In this document: positions 52,601 through 64,000 of the stretch, in pieces
Layout of the letters: each line of letters opens with the position of its first letter
Position numbering within the stretch: the stretch's first letter is position 1
Source: Chrysomallon squamiferum
Lineage: Eukaryota; Animalia; Mollusca
Reading direction: 5' to 3'
Assembly: GCA_012295275.1 (NCBI GenBank)
Contig: CM022670.1
Coordinates: 14,012,001-14,076,000 of the forward strand
Length of the DNA: 64,000 bases
Position numbers and translations under genes: made by a program
Notes under the pieces: model-generated
What the model saw: only the letters and a program-made list of their open reading frames with translations
The model's database searches: none
What the model was told of the DNA's origin: nothing

Positions 52601-53129
52601 ACACACACACACACATATATATAGATAGATTGATAGAAGATAGATAGATAGATAAATAGATAGATAGAGATGTAGATAGATACATATATAGATGTAGATA
52701 AAGTCTAATTGATAGATGGTTTTGAAAACAGCACGATAGAAAGAACAGGATTCAGTTAGCCACAAGTACAGTTCTGCTTTCTGCACTTCTAGTCAAAAAT
52801 ATAGTTTTTATTTTACACCAACACTTTGCAGACATTACTAAATCCTAAACAAAACATCATTTCATTCTTAACTTTTGAGTTCTGTTAATGAGCAGCTTTA
52901 AGCTGTACACATATCAATTTTATTACATGTGGTGGTACTTAATATTTTATGGTATATAACCATTATCATTTGGTCAGAGATTTTTGTGATTTTAAGAGTA
53001 AAAATTATTGATGTTATCTATGTGAGTATTTAACTTTAACAGTTTTCCTAATACATCTCGAAATTTTCTTATTTTTTATATTCTATTTTATTTGTATGTA
53101 TACATTTCTGTGTGTGTGTGTGTGTGTGA

Positions 53130-53175
<46 letters not shown>

Positions 53176-54352
53176 GTATGTGTGTGTGTATGTATGTATG
53201 TATATATACATTTTGTTAATGTTTTATTTAAGCACTGCCAACGATCAAGTAGTTACAATTACAGAAACAGATTGTAATGAAAATAACAAATATATGCAAT
53301 ATGTTTTTACATTCATTACATTGTCATGAAAGAGAATATTTTCATTCTCGAAATGGCTACCATGATATTCTTGTTCCTTTTGAACATCAGCTTGTAAAAT
53401 TGCTACTTAATTATAAAATTGTTTAAAAATCATAATAATAATTCTCTTATTGTTTGTGTTTGCATTTCAATAATAAGTGAGAAAAATAAAATGTTTTGAA
53501 CTCATACACACCATGACTAGTTTTTGAAAGTTTTACATTAATATATAAGTGGATGTGTTTGTGTCTTTGATCTCAAACATCATGACTTACTTTTTATTAA
53601 ATTATAATAAATCCTCCTTGAATTCCATGTACAATTATTTTATTTTTATTTTATTTTAGTAAATAACTTAAGAACTCTTGAATGTACACAATCACATGTT
53701 ACTATTTACCTCATGCATTAAGTTTTAATAATAATGATCTACCACTAAAATTCAGTCTTGAATACAGTGATTTAATTGTTATTAAATTTTAATAAAGATC
53801 TGTTGAACTTGATTTGATTTTCACTACTTGTTAATATTTGTCTTTAAAATAATGTTTTGAAAATATTTGCCATTTTCTCATTAACTTAAAATTTCACTCG
53901 TTTGTATTATTCTAATGCTACCATGTTCTATACTCTATCACAAATGATATTTTTTTATATACTAGTAATTTTACAAAATGAGTTGATTTATTATTTTAAC
54001 TATATATACTTTTTAATGATTTTTATATTTGTAAATTGTCTTTTTAATGATATGAGTAACCTTTTGCTCAATAAAATATTTTGTAAAAGACTTAATCTGT
54101 TATTTAACAACATCTTTTATTGATGATCAGACCATACTGAAGAACTGGTTGTTCTTATTTATTTATTTATTTATTTATTAATCTTGTCTACTAATCTTTG
54201 TTAATAATAAAGTATGACCTTAAAATATCTAAGTTCAAAAGAATGCATGGTATTTTTTTGCTACTTTTATTGTAATGGTATTTTGTTCACAATATATATA
54301 TATATATGTAAAAATTTAACCATGTATGCAAATTTATTATTATTATTATCAG

Positions 54353-54412
<60 letters not shown>

Positions 54413-55172
54413 GCTTGAAAACACGGGTTGAACGAATGTAATAATTTACGTTGCTAATCAGATATTTTTGTTAGTGTAATTTCAAATTATCTGATTGTCA
54501 TCATCAATTGTTGAATCAGTTACGGCAAGTACAGAACGGTTAATTTCCAAACATATTTTCATTGGGAGTATTAGAAACATTATTTTATAGAGGCTTAAAG
54601 AGAAATGAAAGGATTATGATATCCTGTGCGTCCAGTTAGTAGAAGACAGTATCGAGATTTAATAAGAAAAATCTGTAATATTATATCTAAACAGGTGCTT
54701 AATCACTCATCAGCAAAGGTTGAAGTTTAGGTGAAGCTCTGAGTAAAATGAACTGTTAGTGTGTCGTCTTGAATTGTCTTGACATGTTGCATGAAATCTT
54801 TGATTCTTGATTTCTGCCCATAACCATCTCATTTCTTTTTACTTTTTTTTTTTTTTTTTTAAATTCTCTGACAGAAATATTCGCTGAAATATAATATCAC
54901 AGACTAGATATTATGATTTATTATTCACAGATATAAATTTAAAAAGAAATAATAATATTTTATAAAAGCACAACACAAAGCAAACAGTTCATCTGGTTTC
55001 ATACGCATACAACCGTTTGCTTACTTATGTTAGATAAATGGTATAAAAATGAAAGTGTCAAATATTGATTTAACTAATTAATGTCTGCTAAAAATATCAC
55101 ATCATGCTTGGAAAATATCCTATAAATAATTTTTAAAATATAAGTTATTGTTAAAATCACTATCTTTCAAAT
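49628..55172 (+). repeat. Segmental duplication of 30428-36927 (NAGA and 3' flank)
   Basis: Colinear high identity, including introns and microsatellites. It ends at the gap at the point equivalent to 36927 (aatcactatctttcaaat). Confidence 0.95.
49806..52498 (+). pseudogene. NAGA: NAGA copy 2 lacking exons 5-6 (in-frame deletion) and lacking the ancestral promoter
   Basis: Exons 49806-49981, 50219-50393, 50766-50940, 51191-51282 and 52211-52498 are nearly identical to copy 1 and stop-free. At ~51700 the sequence jumps from the equivalent of ~32588 to ~33413 (~825 bp lost), removing WRNYKD, NDPD and WAIMASPL. Also TCGGY->TCGSY. Confidence 0.85.
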
Positions 55173-55372
55173 NNNNNNNNNNNNNNNNNNNNNNNNNNNN
55201 NNNNNNNNNNNNNNNNNNNNNNNNNNNNNNNNNNNNNNNNNNNNNNNNNNNNNNNNNNNNNNNNNNNNNNNNNNNNNNNNNNNNNNNNNNNNNNNNNNNN
55301 NNNNNNNNNNNNNNNNNNNNNNNNNNNNNNNNNNNNNNNNNNNNNNNNNNNNNNNNNNNNNNNNNNNNNNNN
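55173..55372. other. Assembly gap (exactly 200 N, placeholder size)
   Basis: Run of 200 n. Confidence 0.99.
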
Positions 55373-55858
55373 AAAGTGAGATATGTTGTTTTAAAAATTA
55401 TTAATATATAAATAGACAAAATTATCTTTAAACAAATATTTGAGATGATAGTCAAGAAAAAATAGATTGAAATATTTTAATATAAATATATATGGCCATT
55501 TTGTTTTTCATAGATATTTGAAATATTAATATAAACACACAAAATTATAATAAAATTAAAATGTCATGTAAGAAAATCAAAATATTCAAATTTAGAAAAT
55601 TAAAGATTTTTGTTTTAAATATTTTTGACAAACATCATTTATTTTCTTTATGTATGAGCATAACTGAATATCCTCTAATTAATGACATTTTTGTTATCAT
55701 AGAAATAATACTTCTAAAATAAAGAATAAAATAAATAAATAATGAATAAATAAACTGAATGTATCTCTAGATATTCAAAATAAGTTGTTTTAATACTGAT
55801 CATAAATATTTTCAGTCCTGTCTAACAATTTTATATATTTATATTTACAATTTTGTAG

Positions 55859-57419
55859 ACTGATTATCAACTGATTGCTAAGACGTGTAATATGTGGAGG
55901 AACTATAAGGATGTTGAGGATGCCTGGGACTCAGTCTATGGAATTATTCAGTTCTATGCACAGGACAGAGATAACTTCAGTTCTGTAGCTGGTCCAGGAA
56001 ATTGGAATGACCCAGATCAGGTATTAAAGGAACCAGAAATTTACATATTTTTAAAGTTATATTTTTTTAATGATTCATTTGTTAATACTTGTTTCAAACA
56101 TTGTTTGTTTCTGTGCACAAGAGATAATTTTAATATAACCACTGGAAAATTTAAGTGATATTAATTTTTTATGTTTTAATTTGGATACTTATTACTCTTT
56201 CAGTAGAATTATATTTATTGTACATAAATAAATAATAAAAAAATAAATATCTAAATAAACCCAGTTTACCTCTATTTCATAACAATGTGAGGTTTTATAA
56301 CAATATTTTCATTATTACATTTTTAAAACATTTTTGTTTCAGTTAATAATTGGAGATTTTGGTTTGAGTTGGGATCAGCAGAAAGTGCAGATGGGGATGT
56401 GGGCAATCATGGCTTCCCCACTTTTCATGTCTGTGGATCTGGACCGCATTAGTCCTCAGTCTCGAAAGCTTCTGCTTAACCAAAGAATTCTGGCAATCAA
56501 CCAAGACAAACTTGGAGTTCAGGGGACAAGATTAATGAGCAAGGTTTGCAGGTTTTTCTCAATAATCCCTACTCTAGAACAAAAACCAGTGACAGAATCA
56601 TTAGAAAAATCTTTATTCTTAAAATACAAGAATAATATGGGGTAAAATTTTAATGCAAGGTTTGTCAGTAAATGTTAAAGTATTCAGTTAATTAAAGCTA
56701 CACTACCATCTAAAAAAATCTTCCCCCAAAAAAATAATAAAAACAAATTTAAAATAAAGCAGAAAAAAAAACATTTCAACTCTGATACTTAAAATTAAAT
56801 ACAATGTTTATAGCTATGAGATTTAATTATTATTATCATCCACTTTTTGAAGTTGAATCTCACAAATTTAAATTTAAAATAGAGGGAAATGTAAATTGTG
56901 GTATCTTCCATGTTACTATCAATTACAGTGTGAACAAATTGCAGAAATATAATTTATTTTGTTCTTTTAAAGAAAATCAACCTTTGCTAATAATAAAATA
57001 TGAAAATATTTGAATCATTCAGACCTGTGCACGTGACAGAGATAACTCCAGTTGTGGAGCTGGTCTATGAAATGTGAATACTCTGGATTTACAATTTCAG
57101 AATCTGAAAATATTAATTCTTCATTTTCCAGGGCATACAGCTGGATATTTGGACAAAGCCAATATTACCAAAAGGAAGTTTGGCTGTGGCTATCATCAAT
57201 GGCAATAACAAAGGCGTTCCACAGAAAGTGGTTGTTAGTTTGAAAGAACTTGGACTGACTGATTCAGCAGGGTACAATGGAACTGAATCATTTGATGGAC
57301 TGTCCCTTGGAGTGGTGCAGCTTCATACTAACTTGCTACTTCATATCAATCCTACTGGTATTTTTATGTTTACAGCAGTGCCAGTAAACACTCGTGTGAA
57401 AGCTAGGCAGTATAATTAG
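55859..57419 (+). CDS. NAGA: NAGA copy 3, partial (exons 5-7 visible; 5' part lost in the assembly gap)
   Basis: Exons 55859-56020, 56343-56543 and 57132-57419 are intact. The last 3 nt of exon 4 and its donor (aaa|gtgaga) sit at 55373 directly after the gap. Confidence 0.85.
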
Positions 57420-57559
57420 TTGATGATTTAATAGATGAGGTTAGAAACATATATAATAATCGTATTTATGTGTGTTTGTGTGAGCTTGTATAAATATATA
57501 TGGTTGTGTGTACACACACACACACACACACACAAACATATATATATATATAGATAGAC

Positions 57560-57591
<32 letters not shown>

Positions 57592-58152
57592 TAATAGAAG
57601 ATAGATAGATAAATAGATAGATAGAGATAGGTAAGGTAAGATAAGATAAGATTAGATAAGATAGATAGATAGATAGATAGACATATAGATAGATACGTAC
57701 ATAGATGTAGATAAAGTCTAATTGATAGATGATTTTGAAAACAGCACGACAGAAAGAACATGATTCAGTTAGCCACAAGTACAGCTCTGCTTTCTGCACT
57801 TCTAGTAAAAAATATAGTTTTTATTTTACACCAACACTTTGCAGATATTAGTAAATCCTAAACAAAACATCATTTCATTCTTAACTTTTAAGTTCTGTTA
57901 ATGAGCAGCTTTAAGCTGTACACATATCAATTTTATTACATGTGGTGGTGCTTAATATTTTATGGCATATAACCATTATCATTTGGTCAGAGATTTTTGT
58001 GATTTTAAGAGTAAAAATTATTGATGTTATCTATGTGAGTATTTAACTTTAACAGTTTTCCTAATACATCTCGAATTTTTCTTATTTTTTATATTCTATT
58101 TTATTTGTATGTATACATTTCTGTGTGTGTGTGTGTGTGTGTGTGTGAGTGA

Positions 58153-58212
<60 letters not shown>

Positions 58213-59444
58213 ATGTATGTATGTATATATACATTTTGTTAATGTTTTATTTAAGCACTGCCAACGATCAAGTAGTTACAATTACAGAAACAGATTTTAA
58301 TGAAAATAACAAATATATGCAATACGTTTTTACATTCATTACATAGTCATGAAAGAGAATATTTTCATTCTGGAAATGGCTACCATGATATTCCTGTTCC
58401 TTTTGAACATCAGCTTGTAAAATTGCTACTTAATTATAAAATTGTTCAAAAATCATAATAATAATTCTCTTATTGTTTGTGTTTGCATTTCAATAATAAG
58501 TGAGAAAAAAAAATCTTTTGAACTCATACACACCATGACTAGTTTTTGAAAGTTTTACATTAATATATAAGTGGATGTGTTTGTGTCTTTGATCTCAAAC
58601 ATCATGACTTATTTTTTATTAAATTATAATAAATCTTCCTTGAATTCCATGTACAATTATTTTATTTTTATTTTATTTTAGTAAATAACTTAAGAACTCT
58701 TGAATGTACACAATCACATGTTACTGAATATTTTACCTCTTGAACTAAGTTTTAATAAGAATGATCTACCACTAAAATTCAGTCTTGAACACAGTGATCT
58801 AATTGTTATGAAATTTTAATAAAGATCTGTTGAACTTGATTAGATTTTCATTACTTTTTAATATTTGTCTTTAAAATATTATTTTGAAAATATTTGCCTG
58901 TTTCTCATTAACCTAAAATTTCACTCGTTTGTATTATTCTAATGCTACCATGTTCTTTACTCTATTACAAATGATATATTTTTATATACTAGTAATTTTA
59001 CAAAATGAGTTGATTTAGATATAAAAATTAAATTTTATTTATTTCTTATTTTAAATATATATACTTTTTAATGATTTTTATATTGTAAAATGAGTCAACT
59101 GATATTTGAAATGAAATATTTTTGTATATTGTCTTTTTAATGACATAAGTAACCTTTTGTTCAATAAAATTTTTTGTAAAAGACTTAATCTGTTATTTAA
59201 CGAACATCTTTCATTGATGATCAAACCATACTGAAGAACTGGTTGTTCTTTTTTATTTATTTATTATTCTTATCTACTAATCTTTGTTAATAATAAAGTA
59301 TGACCTTAAAATATCTAAGTTCAAAAGAATGCATGGTATTTTTTTGCTATTTTTATTGTAATGGTATTTTGTTCACAAAATATATATATATATATGTATG
59401 TAAAAATTTAACAATGTATGCAAATTTATTATTATTATTATCAG

Positions 59445-59502
<58 letters not shown>

Positions 59503-59930
59503 CTTGAAAACACGGGTTGACTGAATGTAATAATTTACGTTGCTAATCAGGTATTTTAGTTAGTGTAATTTCAAATTATCTGATTGTCATCATCAGTTGT
59601 TGAATCAGTTACGCCAAGTACAGAACGGTTAATTTCAAACATATTTTCATTGGGAGTATTAGAAACATTATTTTATAGAGGGTTAAAGAGAAGTGAAAGG
59701 ATTATGATATCCTGTGTGTCCAGTTAGTACAAGACAGTATCGAGATTTTAAAAGAAAAGTCTGTAATATTATATCTAAACAGGTGCTTTAATCACTCATC
59801 AGCAAAGGTTGAAGTTTAGGTGAAGCTGTGAGTAAAATGAACTGTTAGTGTGTCGTCTTGAATTGTCTTGACATGTTGCATGAAATCTTTGACTCTTGAT
59901 TTCTGCCCATAACCATCTCATTTCTTTTTC

Positions 59931-59962
<32 letters not shown>

Positions 59963-60515
59963 CTCTGACATAAATATTCACTGAAATATAATATCACAGA
60001 CTAGATATTATGATTTATTATTCACAGATATAAATTTAAAAAGAAATAATAATATTTTATAAAAGCACAACACAAAGCAAACAGTTCATCTGGTTTCATA
60101 TGCATACAACCGTTTGCTTACTTATTTTAGATAAATGGTATAAAAATGAAAGGATCAAATATTGATTTAACTAATTAATGTCTGCTAAAAATATCACATC
60201 ATGCTTGGAAAATATCCTATAAATAATTTTTAAAATATAAGTTATTGTTAAAATCACTATCTTTCAAATTCTTACATCAGAAACAAACAGTTAAATGTTT
60301 ATAAAAATAACAGTTATTTTTAGCTGCTAATATGCTTCCCTGACTCGCTCCGAAAGCGCGGGCACACACACACACACACACTCAGACACACACGATGGCA
60401 CACACCACACACACACACATGGCACACACACACACACACACACACACATGGCACACACACACACGATGGCACACACAGACACACACACACACACGATTCC
60501 ACACACAAGATACTA

Positions 60516-62065
60516 TTAGTTAACACCAAATCCAAAGTAGTTTCCATAGTTCCTGACTGGTCTATCATCGTCATCATCACTGTCAACAGTGAAAATAGTG
60601 TGAATATTTTTGTGTTCTCCACTTGGTTTCTTTTTATCTTTTCTTCGCTTGGGCAAGTCATCAGATTCACCGGATTCCAAACCCCCAAAACCACCAGTAA
60701 AACCATCACGCGAATTAGACTCCCCAGAACTTTTCTTGCTGGCATTCTTTGGCATATACGCACACAATAATTCTTTTTTCAGTCTATTTCTGTCGTAGTC
60801 TTTAGGGATTGGCTTCCCTTTTCCAGCTGGAACATCGGGATGTACAGCAGCAACAACTTTGCGACGTAGTAACTCGTTATAATTAGCTGTTTTGGGTCTC
60901 GTTATTCCGTTGGTTTCAGCTATTGGTGGAAGGTGCTGTTGTCCTGAACTCTTTTGTTTTGATGACGGTTTTCTGGTATTTATTACATTTGTCCGCAAAA
61001 TATTGTCCCCTTCCAGTGAGAGTCTTGGTATGGCTGTAGTTTCATCCTCTAAGCAACGTCTTTGATATTTTCCATTGACCTCTGTAGGTGAAACCCATGA
61101 TCCAGAGTTATTCGTGTTTCCTCTAGTTTTATTAACTCTACTTCTCTTCGAGCGATCCTCTACATCAGGAAAAGATAGACCGCTGTTAGAAATTCTGGTT
61201 CGATGGGGTAGTAAAGGTATGTTTTTCTCGATCTGCCATATGACAGTGGCTTAATAAGAGGATCTTTTCTTGGTGTAATTAGCGGTTTTCGAAAGCTTTC
61301 TTTCTCAGTAAATTCTTTTTCCCAAAAACAATTGTTATCTGTTCCAACTTTGGATAATTTTCTTATTTTCTTTTTCTTATCATTCCCAAACCCGTCCTCA
61401 TAGTCGTAAACAAATTCATTATTCCTGTCATTGTCTTGATTACCATAATTAGAAATATGTTTCTGATAGTCTTCTTGAATATCTTCCGAATAACGTTCAG
61501 ACACATTTCCCTCCATCCCTTTCCCAGCATGTCCTCCTCTTTCGCATCCTCTTCTCTTTTGGTCCCGAAATCCTTCTGTTTCACTTCCTCCTGTCTTTTT
61601 GTTCCGAAATCCTCCTGTCTTTTTGTCCCGAAATCCTTCTGTTTCACATCTTCCTTTCTCATTTCCTCCTGCTCCTGATAGTCCATACGACCCGCCATTA
61701 AAAAAGGAAGTTCCTAAGTCGGATGCGAGATCCAGATTCGAAGACGGCAGATCAGTCGTATCATCTGAATTACCAGTCCGTGGTTGTGTGGAAAATATGG
61801 CTGTTTCAGTATTATCACATTTCATTTTCGATTTTTCGCATGTCTGGTCTGGTTTCCATGTCAATGGTCCTTGAGGAAAAGCACTAGCTAAAACATTAAT
61901 AATTCGAAAATTTGGATAGTCTTTTTCTATCTCTTCTGTTTCTTGCTTTATTATGTTGATAACCTCATCGGCATCGCTTTCAACTTTGGCTTTGCGAGCT
62001 TCTCGGTCATAAAAGATTTCGCCTTGTTTTATAAATTTGTATTTTTTGCCACCTTTCGTATCCAT
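60516..62065 (-). CDS. Orphan intronless protein, copy B (~516 aa if one homopolymer frameshift at ~61222 is corrected); mostly charged/disordered, function unknown
   Basis: ORFs 62065-61160 and 60998-60516 join into one frame (MDTKGGKKYKF...RPVRNYGNYFGFGVN*) across a T-run (T5 here, T3 in copy A, whose frame is open across that point). A splice acceptor (tttaactttacag) lies 8 nt upstream of the ATG. No family recognised. Confidence 0.55.
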
Positions 62066-62185
62066 TATTTATACTGTAAAGTTAAAGTAATGAAAGGGAC
62101 GAATCTGAAAAAGAAAGGAATTTAATTATTCTTGATTAAATAATACGATTATCATGTAATTATTTATGAATATATAATATAATAA

Positions 62186-62380
62186 TACAGGTTATCCGAA
62201 AAGCTTGGATCCATTAAGGTTTTGGATTTCTAAATTTTTCGAAATCTGAAATACAAGGAGATAAACTGAAAGGAAGACAGAATTTTAAACATGAAATTTG
62301 TTTCATTTATGCACACAGCTTTCGGCTAGTTTTAAATATTGTTTCATACTTAATGATGTTGTGCATGATAAAATGTTTGT
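62186..62380 (+). mobile_element. Pogo/Tigger-like non-autonomous element remnant (duplicate copy at ~38500-38690)
   Basis: tacaggttatccgaaaagcttggatcc...tttggatttc...tttttcg...aaacatgaaattt...cacagc...ttgtgcatga resembles, from memory, the end of Tigger4/MER46-type elements. Not verified. Confidence 0.35.
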
Positions 62381-63191
62381 TAGACCCAAACTGTAATAAA
62401 CTATAAGCTATCTCAGTTTTGGGTTTCGCTGTTGAACTTATAACGTAAATACTTATGATTATCTCGTAAATATTTCCAATTGCAATTGTTATATTAGTAT
62501 TATTATGTTAATGTCAATTAGTATAATAAAAAAATAATAATAAAAATAAATAAATAACTGATCCTAAAACGTTGGTGCTATTCGTGATGTTTGATGAGGG
62601 AATATCTCCAGTAGTGATTTAGATAAAGTATTTTCAGAAAAGGGGCTTTATGATTAAGGTGGCATTTATATAACTCATAAAGAACAGAGATGAAAGAAGA
62701 TGGATCACGTTACGATAGCCTCCTTCCATCCGGATGCACGACTGTTCTGCGAGACTGACTTTTGAGGCTAAAACGTTTTGTCACGACGGAATTTGTTGTA
62801 CAAAGTACAAGAGACACAACCTGTGTTCCATTAGTGCTCATCTGGATTCCAGCAAAGTTCATCTGAATTCTAATAGTTCTCATCATGACAATGAATAGCA
62901 ATCATCAACCGATCAAGTCACCAAGAAGACATAAATTATATTTTAAAAATCCCTGGCGGTAATTGTGTTTGCTCTATCCGAATACGAAGGCTTAATTAGA
63001 TGTTCCCGAAATTGCATTGTGACTCATACAGCGTATCCAAACAAACACATAAAAGAAAAAAATCGGATGGGTCATATAATCTATAGTGTATATCGTTGTG
63101 TATAATTCGTTGAACAATATGATTAAGTAAACTGAAACGGTAAGACAGGCAATCAAGCACACCTTTTATATTTCATGCGAGAAAAAACCGA

Positions 63192-63237
<46 letters not shown>

Positions 63238-63250
63238 GCACAGACATGCA

Positions 63251-63283
<33 letters not shown>

Positions 63284-63293
63284 CATACATACA

Positions 63294-63363
<70 letters not shown>

Positions 63364-64000
63364 ATTCTAATTTAAAAGCAAACAAATAAAGGCTGATAAC
63401 AGAATGCTTTCATCTTCGGCCTCCGGAGAGTATTTTCTGTGTGCAGAATCTAATCAGAGGTACATAAGACAGAGTATACAACAGAATATTCATTCCTCAA
63501 TACACAAAGATACACACACATACACAGATACACACACACACACAGATAAACACACACATATAGGCACCCATATACTCCTACATATTAGCTTGAAAAAAAC
63601 AAGACAGACTGATTCACATGCACATAAACAGAAAAAAAGAAGAAAAAAACCCACAAAAAACCAACAAAATTTATTTACAAAAAAAACATTAAAACCCACC
63701 CCCTCAAACAAAACAAAGAACAGAGAAAAAACAAAAAAGCAAAAAACAAAAACGTTTAGTGAATTGATAAATAAGTGCAAGTATTAGCATTGTAATACAA
63801 AAACCCCGTATATTTATTAAACAAATGAAAACATAAAACACATATATACACAAATGTTTTTTATAATTTTGAAGTACAAAAAAAAGAATACACACGTAAA
63901 TAAGCTAATAAATATACAAAATAACGACATATTCACATACTAAAATAGACTGTTAAAACTAAACAAAATATAAGAACAAAAGTGAATATAAAGAAATATA

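Larger units (their letters stand above)
55373..64000 (+). repeat. Segmental duplication of ~32168-39264 (NAGA exons 5-7, 3' flank, orphan gene), running off the window
   Basis: Colinear high identity. It carries an extra ~1 kb at 62820-63860 relative to ~39110. Confidence 0.95.

Overview
AT-rich, microsatellite-dense invertebrate genomic DNA (probably lophotrochozoan/mollusc-like; this is inferred). It has spliceosomal GT-AG introns and one 200-N assembly gap. Main contents: (1) a complete ~28-exon OFD1 gene on the - strand (29967->13237, ~968 aa). (2) Head-to-head with it, an intact 7-exon GH27 alpha-N-acetylgalactosaminidase (NAGA-type, SCSWPAY; 30689-34211). (3) A tandem segmental duplication of the OFD1-fragment/NAGA/orphan-gene block. 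NAGA copy 2 (49806-52498) has lost the shared promoter and, in frame, exons 5-6. NAGA copy 3 (exons 5-7) starts right after the gap and may be a haplotig of copy 2. (4) An intronless ~516-aa orphan ORF in two copies with different lesions (37116-38360 and 60516-62065). (5) An unrecognised gene built on a 78-bp/26-aa repeat (~24 young units plus ~5 ancient degenerate units; 41644-~44150). (6) An inverted orphan last exon of an older GH27 paralogue, a decayed SWIM-finger transposon ORF and small MITE-like remnants near the duplication breakpoint. The first 12 kb contain GC-richer, exon-sized islands and motif clusters that I could not assign to a known gene. All gene models were assembled by hand and not checked by database search.
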